A stretch of DNA of 24,000 bases from the NCBI RefSeq assembly GCF_001659685.2, contig NZ_LXYE02000051.1:467-24466 (forward strand), read 5' to 3'. Source of the stretch: Labilibacter marinus. GTDB lineage: Bacteria > Bacteroidota > Bacteroidia > Bacteroidales > Marinilabiliaceae. Made by a program: the position numbers and the translations under genes. A model generated the notes under the pieces. The model ran no database searches. It was not told the origin of the DNA and was given only the letters and a program-made list of their open reading frames with translations. Shown here piece after piece: positions 9,658 to 19,044 of the stretch (positions within the stretch are counted from its first letter, which is position 1; each line of letters begins with the position of its first letter).

Positions 9658-10305
9658 TTATTTTCCAGATAACTCAGAGCGCAACTGGCTTTTTAGATCT
9701 TCAAATTGATTTATTAATTCGCCTTTTATGCCTTTAGCAAGCTTGTTTAATTGCTTAAGCTTTACGGAGTAATAAATAGTGTAAATGCCCATAATAACAA
9801 AGGTAATCCCTGTTAATACAACCAATGAAAGCCCTGAAAATAAAGGGTTAACTATCAATAGAAACGAAAATAACAAACCTATAATTCCAATGGCCAAAAG
9901 GTTTCCCCACTCCATTACTCCATAATTACGAAGGTCAATAGACATACTGATGGCATAAACAGACCGGTACATTACTGTGAAACCAACAAAGAATGGCAAT
10001 GTCGTGATAGATATAGCTGGATGAATAAATAACAACACTCCTATGATAACATTTAATAAGCCCATGGAAAGTGTCCATCCCCATCCATCAATCTCTTTTC
10101 TGTTTGAAATGGAGAATATGATTTCAGAAATACCCGAAACCAAAAATGACAACGTAAATACTAGTGCCAATGTTAAATATGATTCAAGTGGGGTTGCAAA
10201 AACCCAAATGCCAAGTGCTATAAAAACTACACCTGAAATGGTTAATAGATACCAATGCTTAACTGAGTTTTTAGCAACTTTTAAAAAATTTGTCATGATA
10301 AACAA
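9658..10305 (-). CDS. HdeD-like / DUF308 repeat membrane protein
   Basis: 215 aa with about six TM helices arranged in repeated DUF308-like units (WYLLTISGVVFIALGIWVF..., LNVIIGVLLFIHP...), followed by a short amphipathic tail. Confidence 0.75.
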   Translation of the reverse strand: MFIMTNFLKVAKNSVKHWYLLTISGVVFIALGIWVFATPLESYLTLALVFTLSFLVSGISEIIFSISNRKEIDGWGWTLSMGLLNVIIGVLLFIHPAISITTLPFFVGFTVMYRSVYAISMSIDLRNYGVMEWGNLLAIGIIGLLFSFLLIVNPLFSGLSLVVLTGITFVIMGIYTIYYSVKLKQLNKLAKGIKGELINQFEDLKSQLRSELSGK

Positions 10306-10323
10306 TTTAATAACGTTAATACT

Positions 10324-11832
10324 CTACATCTCAGTTACATTCCATGTGGCTGGCTTTTGGGCTGCTGGAAACTCCTTAAACGTTGACTTAAACTCCATTA
10401 CATAGCTACCTGCCCATCCAAACATAAATATATGACGTGCATACCAATCGTGATATGAGTTTGTTTCGCGAGCTTTCTCAAATGGATCCATTCTTAAATC
10501 AAACAACAAAGGTGCTTTTAAAGGTTCTAATTTGTAAACCCATACATCCTGTCCATAATGTTTTTGCTCCATATACATGGCTTTCCATCTATCAGCAAAA
10601 CGAATGGCAGAGATTTGTGCAGCATCAGTACCATAAATAAAATATTTTCTTGGATTCTCTTCAGTTTCACCACTCCACAATGGTAACATATTGTAACCAT
10701 CTAAGTGATTTTTAAATGTTTTACCATTAGATTTAAAGTTTCCTGTTTTTAATTTTTCCCCTATTTCAGGATCACCTGCTGCTGCAACCAATGTAGGCAC
10801 CCAATCGAGATGAGAAGTAACATCATTAATAACAGTTCCTGGTTCAACGCCAAACTTCTTAGGAAATTTAGCCACACATGGAACTCTAAATCCACCTTCC
10901 CAGTTAGTAGTTTTTTCATTATTAAACCAAGTTACACCAGCATCTGGCCAAGTTGCTTGATGAACACCATTATCCGTTGTAAAAATTACAATGGTATTCT
11001 CATCAACACCTAATTCCTTTAGTTTAGCCGTGAATTGTCCTACAATCCAGTCTAATTTTAACATACCATCTGCATAATCATTTAAACCTGATTTCCCTTT
11101 CCATTCTTCACTAACGTGAGTCCAAAAATGCATACCTGTTGTATTCATCCAAGTAAACCACGGAGTTCCTTCATCCGTTTTGTTTTCCATAAATTCAAAA
11201 GCAGCTGCCATAAATTCATCATCAACAGTTTCCATGCGCTTCTTGGTTAATGGACCAGTATCTTTTATAGGACCATCAGCAGAAGATTTTATTACGCCTC
11301 TAGGTTTGGGTACACGTGCAGCTTCTGCACCGGTAGGCCAGTCTTCATGCTCAGGTTCTTCTTCTGCATTTAAATGATATAGATTTCCGAAAAATTCGTC
11401 GAAACCGTGTTTAGTAGGAAGGTATTTATCTTGATCTCCAAAATGGTTCTTACCAAACTGGCCTGTTGCATACCCAAGAGGCTTAAGCAATTCTGCTAGT
11501 GTAGCAGTTTCATCTTGTATACCAACATCAGCACCCGGTAGTCCAACCTTAGAAAGACCCGTACGAATAATATGTTGACCGGTAATAAAGGCTGATCTAC
11601 CAGCAGTACAAGACTGCTCTGCATAATAATCGGTAAACATTAGGCCATCCTTACCAATTTGATCAATATTAGGGGTTTTATACCCCATCATTCCATGTCC
11701 GTAAATACTAAGGTTAGGTGCACCAACATCATCACCCATAATTACCAAAATGTTTGGCTTTTTATTCTTTTGCGCAAATCCAGTTAGGGATAAGCAGAAT
11801 AGTAGTAAAATTAAAGAACTAACTTTTCTCAT
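10324..11832 (-). CDS. Secreted Cys-type sulfatase (arylsulfatase family)
   Basis: 502 aa with a signal peptide, the metal-binding NILVIMGDDVG, the formylglycine motif C-x-A-x-R within SCTAGRSAFITGQ, plus GKNHFG and TTDNG motifs. Confidence 0.9.
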   Translation of the reverse strand: MRKVSSLILLLFCLSLTGFAQKNKKPNILVIMGDDVGAPNLSIYGHGMMGYKTPNIDQIGKDGLMFTDYYAEQSCTAGRSAFITGQHIIRTGLSKVGLPGADVGIQDETATLAELLKPLGYATGQFGKNHFGDQDKYLPTKHGFDEFFGNLYHLNAEEEPEHEDWPTGAEAARVPKPRGVIKSSADGPIKDTGPLTKKRMETVDDEFMAAAFEFMENKTDEGTPWFTWMNTTGMHFWTHVSEEWKGKSGLNDYADGMLKLDWIVGQFTAKLKELGVDENTIVIFTTDNGVHQATWPDAGVTWFNNEKTTNWEGGFRVPCVAKFPKKFGVEPGTVINDVTSHLDWVPTLVAAAGDPEIGEKLKTGNFKSNGKTFKNHLDGYNMLPLWSGETEENPRKYFIYGTDAAQISAIRFADRWKAMYMEQKHYGQDVWVYKLEPLKAPLLFDLRMDPFEKARETNSYHDWYARHIFMFGWAGSYVMEFKSTFKEFPAAQKPATWNVTEM

Positions 11833-12080
11833 ACGATTGAATTTATATTTATTAAAAAAAGAAACAGTAAGTGCAAGCTTTAAGTATAAACTTGTTTAAT
11901 GTTATATTAAATATAAGGGATCGTATTTAGTTATGGTTCATAAAGGTTACAATTGCTTATGGATATAGAGTTGTTTTACAAGCTTAACAATCACAAATAG
12001 TGGACATTACAAGAATTGTGTCATTTGAAGACATCATTTTCTTTCAGGTAATATTGAAGTGAAATGAGAGAATCCTAATA

Positions 12081-13046
12081 TTAGTGTTCTCTATAATTCA
12101 TTGGAGATACTCCAGTCCAGCGCTTAAATGCCCGTATAAAATTTGAGTGATTTGCATAACCTAACTCATGAGCTAATTCATTAATGGAGGTTGCTTGATT
12201 TTCTATTGATATAATTGCTTTTTTTAAGCGCCAAGTTTCAATTATGGATGCAAATGACCTACCTTCTGCTTGAAGTTTCCTAATCAAACTACGTGAGGAA
12301 ATGTTCATAACATCAGAAAAATACGAGATATTAGGAATTTGACCTGTTTTTATTGAATTCAAAAGCAGTTCTATTCTCCCCGCTAAGCATGTATCATTTA
12401 CATTCCATTCTAGTTCTTGCTTTCTATTTACCTTGAACTTTGTTAAATCCGCAGTATTAAAAACAAAGCCAGAATATGGCATATTGTATTTAATATTAAC
12501 ATTTTTACCTAAATCAATGAATGGATCTTCTATAGCAGGTTTTTTAAACTGATAATGTATTTCAATTGGCATCCAATCGTTTCCTGCTGCAACCTGAATA
12601 CCATCTAAGGTATATAGCATGGATAATTTAATAGCTAACTCACGACCTAATGATGGGCGATTATCTACTTGTAACTGTAAAGTAGAGATAGGTCCCTCAA
12701 TATTTAAAGTCATAAGCTCATTGCTCATAATTAAGTGATTGAATTGACAAGTTGTTTGTACAATATGTAATAAATCAGGTGTACGAATAATGTCTTGAAC
12801 ATTGTCAGATAAATCATTTATATTGATGGTATCTCTAAAAAAATCCAGAAATTGTACACCCTGAGATTTTTCTATTGTTTCAAATAATGAATACATTAAT
12901 TCAACAGGAATATAGGTGTTTGCACTAAGTCTATATTTGTTTAAAAAATTAGCCTTAATGTATTTATCAGTACTAACTCCTACAGCATTTAGTTTCTGTA
13001 TGATAGGGCAAACGTACCCAGCTTCTACAATATGTAAAGCACCCAT
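12081..13046 (-). CDS. AraC-family transcriptional regulator with an N-terminal ligand-binding-type domain
   Basis: 321 aa. The C-terminal double HTH is ...INELAHELGYANHSNFIRAFKRWTGVSPMNYR. The roughly 220-aa N-terminal domain is of the AraC ligand-binding class. The gene lies 6 nt downstream of the lipid-kinase gene. Confidence 0.88.
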   Translation of the reverse strand: MGALHIVEAGYVCPIIQKLNAVGVSTDKYIKANFLNKYRLSANTYIPVELMYSLFETIEKSQGVQFLDFFRDTININDLSDNVQDIIRTPDLLHIVQTTCQFNHLIMSNELMTLNIEGPISTLQLQVDNRPSLGRELAIKLSMLYTLDGIQVAAGNDWMPIEIHYQFKKPAIEDPFIDLGKNVNIKYNMPYSGFVFNTADLTKFKVNRKQELEWNVNDTCLAGRIELLLNSIKTGQIPNISYFSDVMNISSRSLIRKLQAEGRSFASIIETWRLKKAIISIENQATSINELAHELGYANHSNFIRAFKRWTGVSPMNYREH

Positions 13047-13052
13047 ATTTTT

Positions 13053-13955
13053 TTATTTAGCTAATATGTAAGTATTGCTTTTGGTACTAATAAGTTGAAC
13101 AGCTCCTTTAAGCATTTCGATACTGATTTCTTTATAAAAATCAATTACTTCTCCGTCGAGCTGCAATAAGCGAGGGGTATCAAAGGTAATTTTAGCACTT
13201 TGCGCAGTAATAACCTGGCTGCTTTGATCGTCCATAAACTGTTCATCAAACTTTGAAAGTCCTGCTTTAATAAGAGATGTGAAATTAATTTGTTCAATCA
13301 AAACTATCTCAAACATACCATCCATTGGATTACTTATTTTGTTTAAAGGCACACCTGTTCCATATTTTCGGGCATTACAGATAGCTGTCATTAATACATT
13401 GCTCGTCACGGATTTACCATTTGCAGTAACCGTTGCTTTAAATGGCGATAAGGTCTTTAATTCTTCAATAAAATATTTAGCATAGGTGGCCATGCCTCTG
13501 TTTTCATCTTTCTCATAGGCTTCAACAATACTTGCATTTAAGCCAACATCGCCAATATGCATAGTATAATGCTCATTGTTAATTAAAAGCATATCCAAGC
13601 CACCAATCACATTCGACATAATAATATCTTTTAAAGCTTCCGTAGGATTAAGGTTGACGGATAACTCTACTGCCATACCATTAGCTGAGCCTAAGGGAAT
13701 AATACCCATGGGTATATTTATGTCGAGTAAAGCTATTGCGGTAAACAAAGTGGTTCCATCTCCTCCAACCGAAATTACTTTATCTGGTTGAAAAAGATGA
13801 ATCACTTTTCGTACTTTAGCTTCATCGTTATTACCACTTGTTTTAAAAACTTCATGTACAATTCCATAGTTCTCGCAAAGCACTCCGGCTTCCTTCAAAA
13901 ATGGTTCTTTATCAACTCCTCCCGAAATAGGATTTACTATAAATAATAGTTTCAT
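13053..13955 (-). CDS. Diacylglycerol-kinase-like lipid kinase (YegS/BmrU/DagK family)
   Basis: 300 aa with NPISGG near the N-terminus, the catalytic-domain signature VGGDGT and PLGSANG. Confidence 0.88.
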   Translation of the reverse strand: MKLLFIVNPISGGVDKEPFLKEAGVLCENYGIVHEVFKTSGNNDEAKVRKVIHLFQPDKVISVGGDGTTLFTAIALLDINIPMGIIPLGSANGMAVELSVNLNPTEALKDIIMSNVIGGLDMLLINNEHYTMHIGDVGLNASIVEAYEKDENRGMATYAKYFIEELKTLSPFKATVTANGKSVTSNVLMTAICNARKYGTGVPLNKISNPMDGMFEIVLIEQINFTSLIKAGLSKFDEQFMDDQSSQVITAQSAKITFDTPRLLQLDGEVIDFYKEISIEMLKGAVQLISTKSNTYILAK

Positions 13956-14878
13956 AATACTCGTTTTAAATGGTCTGAATTAAAAGTATCAAATGGTTTA
14001 AAATAGTTGACAGGAACACCTTCCGCCGCCAAACATTCCCAGCTTCTCTGTTGAAGTCTAGTACGAAATGGTTTGACTTGGCGAATAAAAACCATCTTAA
14101 TTCTGGTCCTATATTTTTTAACTACTTCTAGGTACACATGCATGTCATGCTGGGTGTCATCACCTATTAAAATAAATGTTTTACCTTCTGATTGTTCAAT
14201 TAATCGACTAATTACATTGAATTTATGCTGCCTAGATTTATTGGGTTTTAATAGTTGGTGCCATTGTAGTAATGGAGTTAAAAACAATACACCTTTAGGT
14301 AAATCGTGGTGAGATATTGTATCACAGAGTAAGCTAAAAAGGTTGCGTTCACTTCTAGAAACATAGAAATAATTTGGTGCATATTTCCGTGTAAACTCAA
14401 GCAAACCTTTTGTGTAAGATACTGCTTTTCGATTTTTAGTTGTTTTAAATAGAGTAGTTAATATCCGTTTAAAGTGGTTTAAAGTATGGGAAACAAGAAT
14501 GGTGTCATCAATATCTGAGATAACATCAAATTGGCTCTCTGATACATTAAAAAAAAATGGATAAGACTGTACTATATCCAACACATAATTCCCTCCCGAA
14601 ATTGTAATTTTAGAACCAGGATCACACGATTCATTAATAGAAAGATTGAACTCGCCTTGCTCGTCTGTTTTGCAATGATAGTTCGAATTATTAATACTTA
14701 TTTGGATGCTTCTTTGCGAATAAGGCAATATAAAGTAGGATTTAACCGTATTAAAAAAATGTGCTACCATTCCTTTACTTTCACTACCAACTAGTTTCTT
14801 TCCAGAACATATCGAACCCTCTAAATAAGTGAGCTTACTGTTAAACTTAATAATTGATAAATGCCAAACAACGAACAT
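13952..14878 (-). CDS. App1-like phosphatidate phosphatase (DUF2183)
   Basis: 308 aa with the HAD-type DxDxT motif (SDIDDTILV) and the second motif LIGDDTQHD. The stop overlaps the lipid-kinase start in a 4-nt ATGA. The true start may be an internal Met. Confidence 0.78.
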   Translation of the reverse strand: MFVVWHLSIIKFNSKLTYLEGSICSGKKLVGSESKGMVAHFFNTVKSYFILPYSQRSIQISINNSNYHCKTDEQGEFNLSINESCDPGSKITISGGNYVLDIVQSYPFFFNVSESQFDVISDIDDTILVSHTLNHFKRILTTLFKTTKNRKAVSYTKGLLEFTRKYAPNYFYVSRSERNLFSLLCDTISHHDLPKGVLFLTPLLQWHQLLKPNKSRQHKFNVISRLIEQSEGKTFILIGDDTQHDMHVYLEVVKKYRTRIKMVFIRQVKPFRTRLQQRSWECLAAEGVPVNYFKPFDTFNSDHLKRVL

Positions 14879-14901
14879 ATATTAGATAATCGAAGGTAAA
14901 A

Positions 14902-15999
14902 CTATAATACAACAGTATCGACTGCTTTGTTTAATGTTGGCTTAACAAGCTCGAGAAAAGAATCTATACCTATTAAAGGAGGAACTTCTATTCCTTTTCC
15001 TAAATTTTTATGCGATTGAGACCAAACAATAATTGCATTTCTGGCAATACTAATTTTTTCATCCACCTGACTGTGCCAACGACTTATTTCCTCTTTCATA
15101 TCCATGTACTCCTTTTTATCATCATCTAACTGACGTAACATCGTATCTATATTAGCAAGACGTTTGAAAAGAAGCTCTTCTGCAGTATCATAATCAGCTT
15201 GCTCAAGACTTCTTTCTTTTTTAAGGTATGGAACAATAGAGTGATCTGAAATAATTAAGGAGTCAATATAAGAGGCATCAATGGATTGTGCATAGTAAAG
15301 CTGAGTAATCTTTTTCTGAGTTGAATTTTGAAGTTTTTTAAGCGTTATATAATTATCAATAGTTGCTTTCGTATCATTATAGATATTTGCATCAAACGAA
15401 ACTATAACTTCACCAATCAAGGCTTCTATTTCATCAAGCCGATCAGAAAGAGATAGTACAATTGTATTAATAATAGGGTCAGAAGCTTCAATTCCTTCAC
15501 GATAAGTCTCAGCCTTTCTTATTTCACCTAAAGAAAATTCCACTTGCGAATAGGACAAACCAATACTATCCATTCTTTCTTTGTGTTTAACACGTTCAAA
15601 CGCATCACTAAGATATTTTGCTAACTGGTCATTTTTACCATTCTCCGACATACTGGAATTGGAAATAGCAACTAACTGATTAGAATAATATACAATACCT
15701 TTTAATGCATGAATTAATGGTAAAGATTTTTGTTTTATCGATGTATAAGCGGTTATGTCTGTATATGTCGATAAACTCTTAAATTGAAAAGGACGACTAA
15801 TCTTCATGGCTTCATTAAATAATACGTTAGTATTATCAGAAAAGGGTTGCATATCCAATTCTTGTCTTCCTTTAAAAACAGCACATGACTGAGTAAGAAT
15901 CAGAAAAACAAAAACTACTATCGTTTTAAATTTGATCTCTATCATCATTAATTTTTCATTTGCAAAATTAGGTTTATCAACCAAGCTAAACTGTTTCAC
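14902..15999 (-). CDS. Predicted lipoprotein, mostly alpha-helical, unknown function
   Basis: A lipobox-like LILTQSC follows a hydrophobic leader, so the likely real start is Met18 at 15948 (MMIEIKFKTIVVFVFLILTQSC). The gene lies 23 nt upstream of the App1-like gene. Confidence 0.7.
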   Translation of the reverse strand: MKQFSLVDKPNFANEKLMMIEIKFKTIVVFVFLILTQSCAVFKGRQELDMQPFSDNTNVLFNEAMKISRPFQFKSLSTYTDITAYTSIKQKSLPLIHALKGIVYYSNQLVAISNSSMSENGKNDQLAKYLSDAFERVKHKERMDSIGLSYSQVEFSLGEIRKAETYREGIEASDPIINTIVLSLSDRLDEIEALIGEVIVSFDANIYNDTKATIDNYITLKKLQNSTQKKITQLYYAQSIDASYIDSLIISDHSIVPYLKKERSLEQADYDTAEELLFKRLANIDTMLRQLDDDKKEYMDMKEEISRWHSQVDEKISIARNAIIVWSQSHKNLGKGIEVPPLIGIDSFLELVKPTLNKAVDTVVL

Positions 16000-16067
16000 A
16001 ACCTATCGGTAGTTACCTTAGGTTCAATGACGTTAAGTTACTAAACTACTATTATAAATGAAGTGAT

Positions 16068-17711
16068 TTACTTACCTTTTGTTCGATTAATACTTCTAAT
16101 CAAGGATACACCAAGATAAATAGATGAAACAATTCCAGCAATCCCAGGGAAGGAATAGTTATTAATTATTGGAGGTACCTTTAAAGCCCAAAGTAACGAA
16201 GAGCCTAGAAATAATGAAGCTGTGAGCAATCCAAGTACAATACGATTTACGGACTCTTCAAGGTTTCTGTGCTCAAGATTAACCTCAAAATTGTCATTAC
16301 CTGCTTTTCTAAATAATTTTTCCAAAGCTTTTGGAACCAGATCAACGATACGCTCCCAATGATGTATATTTCTCATCGCTCTTTTTACAAGGGCAGTTGG
16401 GGCATAACGACGTTTTAATATTTTATGATGGTAATTTTTAAATAAAACAACAATATTAAAATTAGGGCTTAATAATCTCGAAGAGCCTTCAAGCAGCATA
16501 ACCACCCGAAAGAGGTTGGACATACTAGCAGGTAGTATCATATGGTATTGATGAATAATTGAAGTACACTCTTCTATTGAGGCACTCATATCAAACTCAT
16601 TTAAAGGAAGATCAATGTATTTATTAATAAACTCTTCTATCTGACTGCTTAATTCATCGTAATCAATATCTTTGGGTATTGCGCACATATCCAATATAGT
16701 ATTTTTTATATGCTCAGTATCCTTTTGGGCAACGCCAATAATTAATTCCTCAAGTATATTATTAGTTTTTGCATCAACCTTTGCCACCATCCCACAATCA
16801 ATAATACCAAGAGAACCATCTTCTCTCACAAATAAATTACCAGGGTGAGGATCGGCATGATAAAAACGATCTCTAAACATCATTTCCATGAAAACATCTG
16901 CACTCTCTTCTGCAAAATTTGTTTTGTCTTCTTCTGGCCATTCTAAATCCTCAACTTTAGGCAAGGGCACCCCATCCAAAAAAGACATTGTTAACACCGT
17001 TTTACCTGAGTGATTTGTATAAGCCTTAGGGAAAACAACCCTGTCATCATATTCAAAATTTGATGTGAAAAGATTTAAATTTCTCAATTCCTTATTAAAA
17101 TCCAACTCATCGAGCATACTTTGCTTAAACTGTCGAACAAAAGCAGCTGGCTGAAAGGCTTTAAGAGGTCCTCCATGCCTTTGTGCCATAGAAGCAAGTG
17201 ATGTAATTATGTCCAAATCAACAAGAATAGTTCTTTCAATATCATGATGCATGACTTTAACAACAACCTCTTCTCCTGTTTTTAGTTTTGCCGTATGCAC
17301 TTGCGCAATAGATGCTGAAGCAATCGCTTCATTACTAAAGTCATCAAAGAGCTCTTCCACCGATTCTATTCCAAACTCGTCTGTTATCCGTTGATGTACC
17401 TTTGTAATATCATCGGCCGGTGTAGATGACTGTAATTTAGAAAGTTCATTAGCTATAGGTTCTCCCACCAAATCAGCTCTGGTACTTAAGATTTGTCCTA
17501 GCTTTATAAATGTTGTGCCTAACTCTAAAAATGCCAAACGTATACGTTCTTCGCGCGAATAATCAATCAGTTCGTTATCAGGTAACTTTTTTAACTGTTT
17601 CTTTATCCAATCAATATTTGTATTATTCATCCAATCGGCAATTCCATACTTTATGAGTACCGAAACAATTTCTCGTAAGCGAGAATTATTAGTGAGCGGA
17701 AGTTTATCCAT
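16068..17711 (-). CDS. ABC1/UbiB/AarF-family atypical protein kinase with C-terminal TM helices
   Basis: 547 aa with AIASASIAQVHTAKL, VVVKV (Lys), the catalytic FYHADPHPGNLFV, IIDCGMV, and two C-terminal TM segments. Confidence 0.92.
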   Translation of the reverse strand: MDKLPLTNNSRLREIVSVLIKYGIADWMNNTNIDWIKKQLKKLPDNELIDYSREERIRLAFLELGTTFIKLGQILSTRADLVGEPIANELSKLQSSTPADDITKVHQRITDEFGIESVEELFDDFSNEAIASASIAQVHTAKLKTGEEVVVKVMHHDIERTILVDLDIITSLASMAQRHGGPLKAFQPAAFVRQFKQSMLDELDFNKELRNLNLFTSNFEYDDRVVFPKAYTNHSGKTVLTMSFLDGVPLPKVEDLEWPEEDKTNFAEESADVFMEMMFRDRFYHADPHPGNLFVREDGSLGIIDCGMVAKVDAKTNNILEELIIGVAQKDTEHIKNTILDMCAIPKDIDYDELSSQIEEFINKYIDLPLNEFDMSASIEECTSIIHQYHMILPASMSNLFRVVMLLEGSSRLLSPNFNIVVLFKNYHHKILKRRYAPTALVKRAMRNIHHWERIVDLVPKALEKLFRKAGNDNFEVNLEHRNLEESVNRIVLGLLTASLFLGSSLLWALKVPPIINNYSFPGIAGIVSSIYLGVSLIRSINRTKGK

Positions 17712-17748
17712 TAATTATCTATTATAAAACAAGTTGCAATAGGAAAAT

Positions 17749-17788
17749 AAGTAAGGTAAACCTTTTTCGAGAAAGCCTTACCTTACTT
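17749..17788 (-). terminator. Intrinsic terminator after the DUF1269-like gene
   Basis: An 11-bp perfect stem, AAGTAAGGTAA (17749-17759) / TTACCTTACTT (17778-17788), starts 12 nt after the stop at 17800. It is followed on the minus strand by ATTTTCCT. Confidence 0.55.
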
Positions 17789-17799
17789 CTGAGAAAAAA

Positions 17800-18612
17800 T
17801 TAGTTTTTATACGATTCCGTTAGTTCATCATATAATTCTTTCTTAATTGATTCAAGTCTATTCTGATAGTTGGAATAATTATCGTGTACTTCTGTCATTA
17901 ATTTATTTAGTTTGGTTTTCTTTTTTTGAGAGGCTTCTTCTAACTGCTGCTTTAGTGATTCTAATTTAGCATCACTTTCTTTCTTTTGTTCAAGCAATCG
18001 CTTCTCGGTTAAAATACTCAATGCTTCCATTTTTGATTTAACCTTTTCTATTTGGCTTTTCAAAGACGCCTTCATTTCATCATTAGCATCTTTCATTTCA
18101 TCTTTTAACTCAAGCATTTCTGCTTTCATCTCTTTTGATTCTCTTTCTAGTTGCTCATCAATAATTTCCTTTCGATTCCTTCTAAAAATCATTCCGCTCA
18201 ACTCTTCGATGCGCGTATCAAGAGGTGTTTCCCAACTCTCTTCAATATTAGCTATTAATGCAACTTTACCTGGCGATAATGCTTCTGATACCTCATTCAT
18301 AAATTCAACATCAATACCAGATTTGTGTAGATCGGCGATAACACCTGTCATTCCCCCTATTCCTGCGCCTATCAATACACCAACAGGTCCACCAAGCATA
18401 CCTATTAAACTTCCAGTAAAAAGGCCTATCGAAGTCCCCAAAGGACCGTTTTCTGCAGCTTCTTTTACCTCTACAACATTATCAATACTTTTGGTAACTA
18501 CGGATGTCGCGTAAACACTAATTGAACCTTCTTTATTTAAATCTTTAAGCGCAGATAATCCTTCATATCCTTGTTTTTCTGTATCAAATACAGACACTAT
18601 CATTTTATTCAT
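17800..18612 (-). CDS. DUF1269-like glycine-zipper membrane protein with a long C-terminal coiled coil
   Basis: 270 aa. The N-terminal beta-alpha module (MIVSVFDTEKQGYEGLSALKDLNKEG) precedes a glycine-zipper TM (GLFTGSLIGMLGGPVGVLIGAGIGGMTGVIA). The last roughly 120 aa are a heptad-rich, K/E-rich coiled coil. Confidence 0.7.
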   Translation of the reverse strand: MNKMIVSVFDTEKQGYEGLSALKDLNKEGSISVYATSVVTKSIDNVVEVKEAAENGPLGTSIGLFTGSLIGMLGGPVGVLIGAGIGGMTGVIADLHKSGIDVEFMNEVSEALSPGKVALIANIEESWETPLDTRIEELSGMIFRRNRKEIIDEQLERESKEMKAEMLELKDEMKDANDEMKASLKSQIEKVKSKMEALSILTEKRLLEQKKESDAKLESLKQQLEEASQKKKTKLNKLMTEVHDNYSNYQNRLESIKKELYDELTESYKN

Positions 18613-19044
18613 GATTACTTGGTTTTAAGTAAATATTTGACTTTTTATTTATCAAAAAATAAAAGATAAACATGTCTTATTATAAAATCAACATCATGTA
18701 ATTAATATTTTCATCATCCACCAAAACATTCACATACCACTCTGTTTCATATGAACATACAACATTGTGTCATTTGGCGACATTCTGTTTTAATAATGAT
18801 AATTTGCCTTATTATTAAAGAATAACGGTTAAAATACAGCACAATTAATATCTTTAACTAAGTTTCATAATTAACAAAACAGTATTCAATTTAAATTGTA
18901 ATTTTAGATAACAACATTTTATCAGCTCTGCAGTAAATTGAGCTTATTAAAGCCTTTATGTTCCAACGTAAAAACAAATTAGTCAGATGCTGTGTTTAAA
19001 TGGTCTAACGCTCCATTAAAACACATTGTTTTAAAATCTATAAT

